Source: Nostoc sp. DedSLP01
Lineage (GTDB): Bacteria; Cyanobacteriota; Cyanobacteriia; Cyanobacteriales; Nostocaceae
DNA length: 64,000 nucleotides
Direction of reading: 5' to 3'
Assembly: GCA_034530875.2 (NCBI GenBank)
Contig: JAVRCJ020000004.1
Location: 96,001-160,000, forward strand
Shown: positions 11,035 to 20,613 of the stretch, one piece after another
How the letters are laid out: the number at the start of each line of letters is the position of its first letter
How positions within the stretch are numbered: the first letter of the stretch is position 1
Translations under genes and position numbers: made by a program
The notes under the pieces: model-generated
Database searches by the model: none
Told to the model about the DNA's origin: nothing
Seen by the model: the letters and a program-made list of their open reading frames with translations, nothing else

Positions 11035-12333
11035 ATGGTAGATATTTATATTGTTGACCTATTTGTAATTGGTCTACTGTTACTAACGGTCACCTTAGGC
11101 TCTGGTTGGATTTCTCGATTACCTCTTTCTTTTGCGATTATCTATCTAATTGTTGGTATTGTGTTAGGGCCTTATGGCTTTGGACTGATTCAACTGCGTC
11201 GAGATGAAGTCTTCAACGCTGAATTGCTAGAAAAGGTTACAGAATTAGTAGTAATTATTTCTGTGTTTAGCTGCGGTTTAAGGATTGTTCGTCCTCTGAG
11301 GCTAGAAGTTTGGGGAATTACAGCCAGATTAATCGGATTTTTAATGCCAATTTCAATTTTTGCCTTAGCTGGTGTAGGTAAATTCTTTTTAGGTATGAAT
11401 TGGGGAGAAGCAATTTTATTAGGAGCAATTCTCGCCCCAACGGATCCTGTATTAGCTTCCGAAGTTCAATTGACTGATGTTAGGGATAAAGATGAGTTAC
11501 GTTTTGGCTTAACTTCTGAGGGTGGGTTGAATGATGCTTTAGCTTTTCCCTTTGTTTATTTTGGGATTTATGCTCTCAAAAATGACAATTGGGGCGACTG
11601 GTTTAAACAGTGGGTTTTAGTTGATTTAATTTGGGCGATCGCAGCTGGTATTGTAATGGGATTTGTTGTCGCTAAAGCAGTAGTTTGGTTAGATCAAAAA
11701 ATTCAAAAACGCCGTCAGGTTGACGAATTAATGGAAGATTTTGTGGCGATCGCTACAATTTTGTTAACTTATTCTTTGACAGAAATTGTTAATGGTTATG
11801 GGTTTTTAGCAGTATTTGTTGCTGGGTTAGTCGTTCAGCGCAGTTACAGAAATCCTGATAAACCATTAGAACAATTAGAATTTATCGAGCGAATGGAAAA
11901 GCTCTTAGAAATTGGGACAATTTTGTTACTGGGGTCGATATTATTAGTCAAGCCCATGTTAACCTACGCGGCTCAATCTTTGTTAGTGATATTTTTGTTA
12001 TTTGTTATTATCCGACCTTTAGGAGTTTGGATTAGTACAATCGGAAAACGTCCTATATATTCTCACCGTCGCACCTTAAATCCAGGGACGCGTTTGTTAT
12101 TCGGTTGGTTTGGGATTCGCGGTGTTGGTTCTTTATACTATCTTGCTTATGCTTTTGGTAAAGGCTTAGAAGGCCAAGTTGCAGAACAAATTTCCTGGAT
12201 AACTTACACTACTATTGTAGTTTCTGTGATTGTACATGGAATTAGTGCAACTCCTTTAATGAAGTGGTATGAAGACCGGATTGCCAAGTATGCAAAACCT
12301 AGCCCTCCTGATACAATTGATGAGTTTGAGTAA
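11035..12333 (+). CDS. Cation:proton antiporter (CPA1/NhaP-like)
   Basis: LAPTDPVLA, SEGGLNDALAFP and GWFGIRG motifs; many transmembrane segments. Confidence 0.92.
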   Translation: MVDIYIVDLFVIGLLLLTVTLGSGWISRLPLSFAIIYLIVGIVLGPYGFGLIQLRRDEVFNAELLEKVTELVVIISVFSCGLRIVRPLRLEVWGITARLIGFLMPISIFALAGVGKFFLGMNWGEAILLGAILAPTDPVLASEVQLTDVRDKDELRFGLTSEGGLNDALAFPFVYFGIYALKNDNWGDWFKQWVLVDLIWAIAAGIVMGFVVAKAVVWLDQKIQKRRQVDELMEDFVAIATILLTYSLTEIVNGYGFLAVFVAGLVVQRSYRNPDKPLEQLEFIERMEKLLEIGTILLLGSILLVKPMLTYAAQSLLVIFLLFVIIRPLGVWISTIGKRPIYSHRRTLNPGTRLLFGWFGIRGVGSLYYLAYAFGKGLEGQVAEQISWITYTTIVVSVIVHGISATPLMKWYEDRIAKYAKPSPPDTIDEFE

Positions 12334-12385
12334 AAATAAATTAGAATTCATAATTGAATAAATAAAGTAGGAGCGCACAGCTGTG

Positions 12386-12578
12386 CATTGGTGTCAACTT
12401 AAGCTCAAACTCTTGCTCCACAATCGTTTTACCCCACCCCCAACCCCTCCCCTTGCCAAGGGGAGGGGAGGTTTTGCGTCAGCAAAGCCGGGGTGGGGTA
12501 ACGCGGATCTTGATAGTAAGTGAGTAAAACTCGCTCATCAAGTTTTCATCAGTGTTTCACCTGAAGTTGACAGCAATG
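12386..12578. mobile_element. 193-bp MITE with 18-bp TIRs and a 10-bp target duplication, inserted in a GTAG-type REP-like palindrome (12367-12598)
   Basis: TIRs CATTGGTGTCAACTTAAG / CTGAAGTTGACAGCAATG (16/18 complementary). Flanks CACAGCTGTG (12376-12385) and CACAGCTGTA (12579-12588). Internal GC-rich palindromic repeat at 12429-12501. Confidence 0.8.
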
Positions 12579-12713
12579 CACAGCTGTAAAGCCCCTACAA
12601 CGATTTAATTTTTAAAGGTGGTATTCGATTTAATTGAAAACCAATATAGAAACAATGAAGAGACAAAAAACACTAATATAAATTCTTATTGTCTCTCACT
12701 TTTTCTACTATTT

Positions 12714-13097
12714 TTACTTACCTGTCACCTTTTCAACTATCTCTCCAGCTTTATCAATTAAATTAGGTTCAGAATTTCCTTCAGCTTTCAAATTCCTTTC
12801 GTAAGCCTTCTCTAGAGTTCCAAGATTTTGAGAATCTTTCACTGCTTGTTCGTAAGCTTCTTGTCGTGATTCTTCTTGCACGCCAACGCCTGGATCGTAT
12901 TCGTTAGCACGATTAATTTTTTCTTCTGAAGTTGGTTTATATTCTGGAGGTATTAGCTTTAATTCTTCAAGAGTAGTTGCATAACTAGCTTGCTGAATGA
13001 AAATGAACGAACCAGATAAGCTAATGAAAATCATTAAGCTAACAATCAAGAAGCTTGAACGTAAAGCTTTTTTCAAAGTTAATAGAATTTTTGGCAT
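12714..13097 (-). CDS. Hypothetical protein with N-terminal signal/TM segment
   Basis: 127-aa ORF with plausible RBS (AGGAG) and hydrophobic N-terminus. Confidence 0.7.
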   Translation of the reverse strand: MPKILLTLKKALRSSFLIVSLMIFISLSGSFIFIQQASYATTLEELKLIPPEYKPTSEEKINRANEYDPGVGVQEESRQEAYEQAVKDSQNLGTLEKAYERNLKAEGNSEPNLIDKAGEIVEKVTGK

Positions 13098-13237
13098 GGT
13101 AAACTCTCCTAATTTAGCGATTTTTTACTTTAAGCCTTGGTTATGTCTGTATAATATAGACTCCATATTTCAGGCTCAAAGGCATCCTAATTGTTTAGAT
13201 AAAGTTTTCCTTCTACCGCGAGATATATTAATTTTAT

Positions 13238-14344
13238 TTATAACCAATTGTGATGAATTTTAATTCCTCGGTTTTGCATCGTATATTCAAATAAATCTGT
13301 TGGTAAAGCTTCTTCTACAGGATAAACTCCTGGTTTCTTGAGTTTACCTTCTAGCAATAATTGGGCAATACTTCCAGTCCCACAACCAGATGCAACTGCT
13401 GTATTGTCATGTACTAAATTTGAACAATAAACGGCTGTTTTACCATTTTTTTGTCCTGTAACTTCCGAACGAACTGCGACGCCAATACCACTAAAAGTAT
13501 CGGTGAAATCTGTCATCGTATGGCTGACATGAGAGAGAAATTCAATCGCAGAACGGCGCTGCATTAACCATTTAGGGAAAATATGTGCTGCAATCCAAGT
13601 GAGGTGATTGTAAAAATCCGGTACAGAACCAAATTTAGTAATTACAGTTTTTACTGATGGAAATGCATGAGGCAAGGTAAAGGTTTCTGGCATATCAAAC
13701 CAGTAAACTCCAGTGGCTTTATAAGGAGGTAGAAATTCAATTGTTTCTCTTTCGCTATAAGGCTTGACTATCTCCCATTTGCCATTTATCCAAGCTTCAA
13801 AAGGATGTTGCAATCCTAAAAAAGTTGTTCGCATGACTGTAATGCCAGCACCACCAGACCCAGAAACTAAATAACTTAAATGAATCTTTTCTGGTTTATC
13901 AAATTGTTCGATGTCCTGACGTACCATGCTGTTAGAAATGCCAGGAAAAATACCAGTATTAATAATCGCTGTCACTCCAGCAGCAGCAGCTTGTTCGTGA
14001 TAATTGAGAGCTTTACTAGTATAAGAACGGTGGTCGCTGACATCTAGATAGTTAACGCCTTGAGCAATACACGTTTCAAGAACATTAGTATCTCGATAAT
14101 GAAACGGCCCGGCACAGTGGATGACTAAATTAGAATTGGCGATCGCTTCTCTTAACTTATCAACTTCTGCTAAATCTAATATTAAAAACTCTATTTGCCC
14201 TCCTGAAGATAAGCTAGCGCTTTTCTCAGTTTCGGCAGAACGTCCAGTAATTGTAATTTGTGCTTGCGTATAGTTAGCTAGATCTTGAGCAACACTGCTA
14301 CCAATGCGCCCCCGTCCGCCAAGGATTAAAACTCTGTCTGTCAT
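13238..14344 (-). CDS. Saccharopine dehydrogenase-like oxidoreductase
   Basis: Rossmann motif VLILGGRGRIG; HCAGPF, YLDVSD and GIFPGISN motifs. Confidence 0.9.
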   Translation of the reverse strand: MTDRVLILGGRGRIGSSVAQDLANYTQAQITITGRSAETEKSASLSSGGQIEFLILDLAEVDKLREAIANSNLVIHCAGPFHYRDTNVLETCIAQGVNYLDVSDHRSYTSKALNYHEQAAAAGVTAIINTGIFPGISNSMVRQDIEQFDKPEKIHLSYLVSGSGGAGITVMRTTFLGLQHPFEAWINGKWEIVKPYSERETIEFLPPYKATGVYWFDMPETFTLPHAFPSVKTVITKFGSVPDFYNHLTWIAAHIFPKWLMQRRSAIEFLSHVSHTMTDFTDTFSGIGVAVRSEVTGQKNGKTAVYCSNLVHDNTAVASGCGTGSIAQLLLEGKLKKPGVYPVEEALPTDLFEYTMQNRGIKIHHNWL

Positions 14345-14475
14345 TACTCCAGGATTAGCAACATTAACTTTATTTCATCAGTTTTCTGTGCTGTTTGTCA
14401 TCAGTTATAAGTCTGATTTATATTAGTTGATGAAATTATTGCTAGAGATAGTTTATGGAGTAGGACTTCTGTGCG

Positions 14476-15993
14476 TTAATATATTTGCGCTTCAATTTGT
14501 CTGACTACCGTTAGCGCCGAATAACTCACCCCTGCGGTACCTTCGCCGGGATGGGTAGAGTCGCCGACTAACCACAGATTTTGGATTGGTGTACGATTGG
14601 CAAAACCAAAGGGGCCAAAAGTGGGGATTCTTTGACCGATACCGCCAACTATACCGCGATCGCGTCCTGTGTAATCTGCAAAGGTGCGCGGCGTTGCGGC
14701 TTCTACGTGAATAATCGTTTCTGGTTTGAGATAAAAGTATTCGGCAAGACGGGCGATCGCTTGTTGGGTATACTTTTGTTTTAATCCTGGATAATCTTGA
14801 GTTTTCCACCACGGTGTGGGATCGACAAATGATGAAGCGATAATTGTCGCTTTACCTTCCGGGGCGCGACCATCTCCAGGATGACTCACGGAAACAAATA
14901 AGGAATTATTCTCGCCGATGGGGCCATTGGCATCATACATAAATTGCAGATGTGGCGGACATTCCAGAGGAATAGCACTCGCGTCTACACCCAAATACAC
15001 CACAAACGCGCCCGATGCTTGGGGTAGTTTTTTAACTCTATTTTTATAACCAGATGGTGCTTTTTCTCCTAATAATTGCACCAAGTTTTGTACGGTGACG
15101 TTGCTAACTATATGGTCGGCTGCTTCTGTCCAAACTTCGCCGGTTTTCTGATTTCTGATAACTACACCAGTAGCTTTACCATTTTCTACTTTAATTTGTT
15201 CGACGGTGTGGCGCATTAATAATTTGCCGCCATCTCGTTTTAAGCATTCTACCAAGCGATCGCTTAATACTTGCATACTACCTTGGAGATGAAATAATCC
15301 TTGGGGCAGTTGCGATACACTCAAGGCTGTGGCAGCGTAAAGTAATGCTGTTTCCTCTGCATTTACTTGGGAATACAACTTTAGTTGCAAATCTAAAAAC
15401 GTTCTCAGGCGTCGGTCATTTTCCAGTCCGCATAACCTTAAAGCATCTCCCACCGTCGAAAAAGTGAAGGGTACGGTAATTAATGTATTGGGACGTAGTG
15501 CTTGCGTTAGCTGCCATAAATCCCATAAATTCCGCGGTGGTAGCACTGGGTCGCGTCCTTGAAATTCCCAACTGGCATTAAATAAAGTTGCCATTAATTG
15601 CCAGAATGGTTCGCTACCAGGAAACTGCTTTTGTCGTTCCTCCCGCCATTTCTCTGGGTCGCGCCAAACGTTAATCGGCGTACTTTCTCCAGGTAAATAC
15701 ACCGCACAAGCAGGATCGCATGGTGTAGCTTCTGGTAAATCTATTTCTAATTCTGAGAAAATCCGGTGATGAATTCCTCCCGGTTCCAAACCTGCTACTT
15801 GGGTTGCACCGACATCAAAGGTAAATCCTTGGCGTTTAAATGTAGATGCACAGCCTCCTGGTACGATCGCTCCATCTAAGATTAAAACGCTATAACCTCT
15901 ATGGGCTAATAATGCCGCAGCAGTCAGTCCACCGATTCCCGCACCAATGACGAGGACACGAGATTTAGTTTTCTCAACAGAAATCTTGGACAT
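14476..15993 (-). CDS. crtD: Carotenoid C-3',4' desaturase (myxoxanthophyll pathway)
   Basis: FAD-binding GAGIGG; FDVGATQVAGLEPGGIH and GDSTHPGEGTAGVSYSA motifs characteristic of cyanobacterial CrtD. Confidence 0.88.
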   Translation of the reverse strand: MSKISVEKTKSRVLVIGAGIGGLTAAALLAHRGYSVLILDGAIVPGGCASTFKRQGFTFDVGATQVAGLEPGGIHHRIFSELEIDLPEATPCDPACAVYLPGESTPINVWRDPEKWREERQKQFPGSEPFWQLMATLFNASWEFQGRDPVLPPRNLWDLWQLTQALRPNTLITVPFTFSTVGDALRLCGLENDRRLRTFLDLQLKLYSQVNAEETALLYAATALSVSQLPQGLFHLQGSMQVLSDRLVECLKRDGGKLLMRHTVEQIKVENGKATGVVIRNQKTGEVWTEAADHIVSNVTVQNLVQLLGEKAPSGYKNRVKKLPQASGAFVVYLGVDASAIPLECPPHLQFMYDANGPIGENNSLFVSVSHPGDGRAPEGKATIIASSFVDPTPWWKTQDYPGLKQKYTQQAIARLAEYFYLKPETIIHVEAATPRTFADYTGRDRGIVGGIGQRIPTFGPFGFANRTPIQNLWLVGDSTHPGEGTAGVSYSALTVVRQIEAQIY

Positions 15994-16080
15994 TGATACT
16001 TATTCTTTATAATTCTTAACATTACTACTTATAATATTACAGCGTTTTTCATCTATTTGGACTTGAATTACATATCCGCC

Positions 16081-16283
16081 TTGCAATGCGATCGCATCGG
16101 CTTGCAATTTAATTGCATCGACCTGCAATTTAATTGCATCGACCTGCAATACGATTGCATCGACCTGCAATACGATTGCATCGGCTTGCAATGCGATTGC
16201 ATCGACCTGCAATGCGATTGCATCGACATGCAATACGATTACATCGACCTGCAATGCGATTGCATCGACATGCAATTTGATTG
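16081..16283. repeat. Tandem array of about 9.7 21-bp units, consensus CTGCAATRCGATTGCATCGAC
   Basis: Units read directly; each contains the palindrome TGCAAT-N3-ATTGCA; no unique spacers. Confidence 0.92.
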
Positions 16284-16516
16284 GGGTCTTGTCATTGCAG
16301 AAGAAATGCAACCAACTGTGGACTTATCTTTGTGGTAGATAGGTATACTCAACAAATAATCGCTATCCAACAAGATCGCTCACTTTTATCTGCTCTCTGA
16401 AAATTACGTTACTCCCCTACGCAGTACTTTATTAGCAGCCAGATTTGATGCGATAATTAGATGCTGAGAGCGAGCAAGATTGAAGTCTTGCCCACTCTGC
16501 TCGGCTTGCCCCATTT

Positions 16517-17011
16517 TTAGTCTGAGATTCGGCTCCATGTGGGAGCGATTAACTGTCCAGCCAATCCTCCTTGTTTACCAACCGCAAAAACTTCGGTTGC
16601 TAGGAGTATTTTTGATTTTCTCTCAGTTTCGGAGATTATGAAATTATATGTGACCGTGCCGGTAGAGAACGGGATGGTAGCAACACCTGTACCATTTGTT
16701 GCCACTGAATAAGTTCCATTCACCACTGGAACATCGTTAATAATTCTAGAACAATTAGGGATTGGATTTTTACACGGTAAGTTCGCTATGATGTCCACCG
16801 TAAGTTTACCGTTTCCGTCAAACTTTATCGGGCCTAAGCTGGCAACATCACTACTGTTGTTGGTATAGGCATAATTCCCTTGAAGACTGGCTTTTGTGAA
16901 AGTCGCATTGCCATAGGCCATAGCAGACTGGGCAGTGTATATACCCACTACGACTAGAATTACTGCCAGTACCTTGAAAATATTCCTTATTTGAAGAAAT
17001 TTATTTTGCAT
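16517..17011 (-). CDS. Hypothetical secreted protein
   Basis: Signal peptide ending in AMA; beta-rich mature region. Confidence 0.7.
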   Translation of the reverse strand: MQNKFLQIRNIFKVLAVILVVVGIYTAQSAMAYGNATFTKASLQGNYAYTNNSSDVASLGPIKFDGNGKLTVDIIANLPCKNPIPNCSRIINDVPVVNGTYSVATNGTGVATIPFSTGTVTYNFIISETERKSKILLATEVFAVGKQGGLAGQLIAPTWSRISD

Positions 17012-17532
17012 TTTTCTTGCTTGTTCCTAAAGATTTTCAACAAATCACATTTTCTAGCAGCCAGCCAAACTATTTCTTTAGACTGACTTTATCGGTCTAA
17101 TACTCCTAATTTGGATGATTAGACAGAAATTTCGCACTCTAACATCCCCTAAACGGGGGATTAGACTGTGATTTGTCGAAACACTACCACTATTAAGTGA
17201 ATTAAACTGCAAAATTCCGTATTTCTTCCAATTGACATGACTGGATAATATACGCCAAATAATCAGTTGTATACGTATGTTGAACTGTCAGTTCGCTCAA
17301 TGATGAAGTAGAAAATCATGATTATGAGCATCCAGTGCTACTAATGCATTTACTAGAATTGAAAAGTGCGTAATCTTTCATCGTCACCAAAGATCGCCAA
17401 AATCTGACAAGAACGGTATTAACTTGCAAACATTAGCCAGTCACTGCCAGAGTAATGGTATAAATACCTGAAAACTCCTGTAAGTCGTAGATAAGATAAA
17501 GGAGTAATATAGCTCCTCCCACACAAGTAGCA

Positions 17533-18834
17533 ATGACCTCAACCTTGGACAAATTTTCTCGCCTGAATGCTCCAAACCTGCATAAATTGCCCAATGGTTT
17601 GACGATTGTAGCCGAACAGATGCCAGTTGATGCCGTGAACCTCAGCTTATGGATAAAAGTTGGTTCAGCTGTAGAATCTGATGCTATTAATGGCATGGCT
17701 CACTTTTTAGAACACATGATTTTTAAAGGAACAGAAAAACTGGCTAGCGGCGAATTTGAACGTCGAATTGAAGAACGCGGTGCTGTGACTAATGCTGCTA
17801 CTAGCCAAGACTATACTCATTACCATATAACTACTGCGCCTAAAGATTTTGCTGAGCTTGCTCCATTACAAATAGATGTAGTATGTAATGCGAGTATTCC
17901 TGACGAAGCCTTTGAACGCGAACGATTAGTAGTTCTCGAAGAAATTAAACGTTCGGAAGATAATCCCCGCCGCCGTACTTATAGAAGGGCGATGGAAACA
18001 GCATTCGACCGATTACCCTATCGCCGTCCGGTATTGGGGCCGGAAGAAGTAATCGCCGGACTTCAACCCCAGCAAATGCGGGATTTCCACGCTAGTTGGT
18101 ATCAACCAGAGTCAATTACTGCTGTAGCTGTGGGTAATTTGCCAGTAGAAGAATTAATTGCAACTGTTACCGAAAGCTTTACGCAAGTTGTTAAAACTCC
18201 CCACTCCCCATTGCGTACAGATGCGATGAATGGCGTCTCTACAAATTTAGCACTGATTCCTGAGGCACCATTTACAGAAATAGTCCGTCGGGAATTTATT
18301 GATGAAACCCTGCAACAAGCAAGGTTAGTGATGCTTTGGCGGGTTCCAGGAATAATTGAGCTAGAACAAACTTATGGGCTGGATGTTTTAGCAGCAATTT
18401 TGGCACACGGACGAACATCAAGACTGGTGAGAGATTTACGAGAAGAACGGGAATTAGTTTCTTCAATTTCAGCCAGCAACATTAGTCATCAGTTGCAGGG
18501 AACATTTTATATTTCAGCTAAATGTGCAGTGGAGAATTTAGCAGAAGTAGAAAGTGCGATCGCCCAACACATCCGCAGGTTACAAACAGAGTTAGTCACA
18601 GAATCAGAAATTGCCCGCGTGCGTCAGCGAGTAGCTAACAGATTTATCTTTGGTAACGAAACACCAAGCGATCGCGCCGGATTATATGGCTATTATCAAT
18701 CTTTAGTGGGAGATTTAGAACCTGGATTTAGCTACCCAGCGAAAATTCACAATCAAGATGCTGCTGACTTAATCCAAGCAGCCAAAGACTATCTTTCTCC
18801 AGATGCTTATGGTGTAGTTATATTAAAGCCGTAA
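17533..18834 (+). CDS. M16 family zinc metallopeptidase
   Basis: HFLEH, NAATSQD and RERLVVLEE motifs; carries a repeat-derived in-frame insert at 18196-18242. Confidence 0.93.
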   Translation: MTSTLDKFSRLNAPNLHKLPNGLTIVAEQMPVDAVNLSLWIKVGSAVESDAINGMAHFLEHMIFKGTEKLASGEFERRIEERGAVTNAATSQDYTHYHITTAPKDFAELAPLQIDVVCNASIPDEAFERERLVVLEEIKRSEDNPRRRTYRRAMETAFDRLPYRRPVLGPEEVIAGLQPQQMRDFHASWYQPESITAVAVGNLPVEELIATVTESFTQVVKTPHSPLRTDAMNGVSTNLALIPEAPFTEIVRREFIDETLQQARLVMLWRVPGIIELEQTYGLDVLAAILAHGRTSRLVRDLREERELVSSISASNISHQLQGTFYISAKCAVENLAEVESAIAQHIRRLQTELVTESEIARVRQRVANRFIFGNETPSDRAGLYGYYQSLVGDLEPGFSYPAKIHNQDAADLIQAAKDYLSPDAYGVVILKP

Positions 18835-18970
18835 ATTGGGGAGTGGGGAGTAGGGAGTAGGGAATAGGGTATTAAGAGTGCTGGGTTAAGAGTTAAAAAT
18901 TATTATTCTTCTCCTACTCGCCCTAATTCTCCCACTCCCCAATCCCCAGTCCCCACTCCCCATTCTCCCT
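18835..18970. repeat. STRR1-type heptamer arrays in inverted arrangement (GGGGAGT ... ACTCCCC)
   Basis: Direct reading of the intergenic sequence. Confidence 0.8.
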
Positions 18971-18974
18971 AACC

Positions 18975-19838
18975 ATGTGGAATCAAATCGACGCGCATAT
19001 TAGCAAAGTAACAGGTGAAAAATTTCAAAGTCAGCAACGGCGATCGGTTGGTGGCGGATGCATCAACCAAGGTTATGCTGTTTTTAATGGTGAAATAACG
19101 TATTTCGTTAAGATTAACCAAGCTTCGCAAGTGGCAATGTTTGAGGCTGAGGCGCTGGGTTTAGAGGAAATGCTACTAACAACTAGTATTCGCGTTCCTA
19201 AACCTATTTGCTGGGGTGTAGCCGATAATTCCGGTTATATTGTCCTGGAATGGTTGGAAATGGGAAGCGGTAACAGCAAATCATGGGAAGAGATGGGACG
19301 CAAGTTAGCGGCAATGCATAAAGCTAGCAGCGATCGAGGTTTTGGTTGGAAAATTAATAATACTATTGGTTCCACGCCTCAAATCAATACTTGGACAGCA
19401 GACTGGGTGGAATTTTATGTTAAACATCGCCTGGGTTATCAATTTCAATTAGCAAGGCGGCGCGGAGGTAATTTTCCTCAACAAGATAAGTTGTTAGCTG
19501 CAATTCCCGAATTGTTGGCAAACCATCAAGTGCAACCTGCTTTGGTACATGGCGATTTATGGGGCGGAAATGCTGGGTGTACTGTGTCGGGAGAACCTGT
19601 GATATTCGATCCAGCGACTTATTTTGGCGATCGCGAAGTCGATATTGCCATGACAGAATTATTTGGTGGTTTCCCAGCAGCATTTTACAAAGGTTATAAC
19701 GAAGTATTTCCTTTAGATGCTGGTTACGAGCAGAGAAAAATACTTTATAACCTGTATCACATTTTGAATCACTTCAATTTATTTGGTGGAGGTTATGCTT
19801 CTCAAGCCAACCGCACGATTGAGCAAATCTTGCGATGA
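18975..19838 (+). CDS. Fructosamine kinase family protein
   Basis: GGGCIN, YFVK, LVHGDLWGGN, FDPA...DREVDIAMTELFGGF motifs. Confidence 0.93.
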   Translation: MWNQIDAHISKVTGEKFQSQQRRSVGGGCINQGYAVFNGEITYFVKINQASQVAMFEAEALGLEEMLLTTSIRVPKPICWGVADNSGYIVLEWLEMGSGNSKSWEEMGRKLAAMHKASSDRGFGWKINNTIGSTPQINTWTADWVEFYVKHRLGYQFQLARRRGGNFPQQDKLLAAIPELLANHQVQPALVHGDLWGGNAGCTVSGEPVIFDPATYFGDREVDIAMTELFGGFPAAFYKGYNEVFPLDAGYEQRKILYNLYHILNHFNLFGGGYASQANRTIEQILR

Positions 19839-19887
19839 ATAAAACTTAGAGGTTATAAAAAATAAATACATATTTATAAGTATTATT

Positions 19888-20520
19888 TTGCCTAGATTTA
19901 CTGTGAAATACTATCAACAGCAAGCTAACGCATTTCCTAGCGAGTACCTAAATAATTTGTGGGGAGAAATCCAAGCTTGTCCTTACTTTGCTATCAACAA
20001 CCTCAACCGCGATTTTGTTGCTACTAAAGGATTTTCGGTAGTATTTCAGCGTTGTGCATTAGCAACGGTAGAACAACAGTTTCCCTACTTCAAGCCTTAT
20101 TTAGATTTGGCTCTACAACCAAATTGTAATGCTTTTTATCTCAATCCTTTACAGTTAAAAGAAGGCTCTCGCGTCGATCCGCATATCGATCGCTCTTTAC
20201 GTTCTTATTCTAAAACCATTGAACCGCCTATGCTTGTGAGCGTGCTTTACGTGCGAGTCCCTGCCAATATGGAAGGAGGAGAATTAGTATTGCGATCGCA
20301 CAAACGCCAACTCGGACAAATTAAGCCGCAGATTAATACTTTACTTTACTTTCAAGGAGATTTAACCCATTCTGTTAACGCAGTCAAAACTCCTGGCGAT
20401 CGCCTCAGCTTAGTTTGCGAACAGTACAGTTTAAGTGAAGCTGAACTCCAAGAAATTCCCCAGTTTACTATAGAGTCTAGAAAAACTCAGTCTACAACTA
20501 AAAAAAGAAAGTCCTATTAA
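19888..20520 (+). CDS. 2OG-Fe(II) oxygenase family protein
   Basis: HxD (PHID), EGGEL, distal H (THSV) and RLS motif; start probably the GTG at 19903. Confidence 0.85.
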   Translation: MPRFTVKYYQQQANAFPSEYLNNLWGEIQACPYFAINNLNRDFVATKGFSVVFQRCALATVEQQFPYFKPYLDLALQPNCNAFYLNPLQLKEGSRVDPHIDRSLRSYSKTIEPPMLVSVLYVRVPANMEGGELVLRSHKRQLGQIKPQINTLLYFQGDLTHSVNAVKTPGDRLSLVCEQYSLSEAELQEIPQFTIESRKTQSTTKKRKSY

Positions 20521-20613
20521 AGTAGAAGGCAAAAAGCAAGAGGTAATTAATTCCTACCTATTGCGTATTGCCTCTGTAAATTTGTAGTTTATGCAAACTA
20601 TAACTGGTGTATT

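Noticed and set aside
16081..16283. Possible CRISPR array (also considered for 55918-56156)
   Set aside because: Units are contiguous with no unique spacers, and no cas genes are present in the window.
17095..17167. Imperfect inverted repeat GTCTAAT...ATTAGAC upstream of the secreted protein gene
   Set aside because: Too degenerate to call as a MITE or regulatory site.
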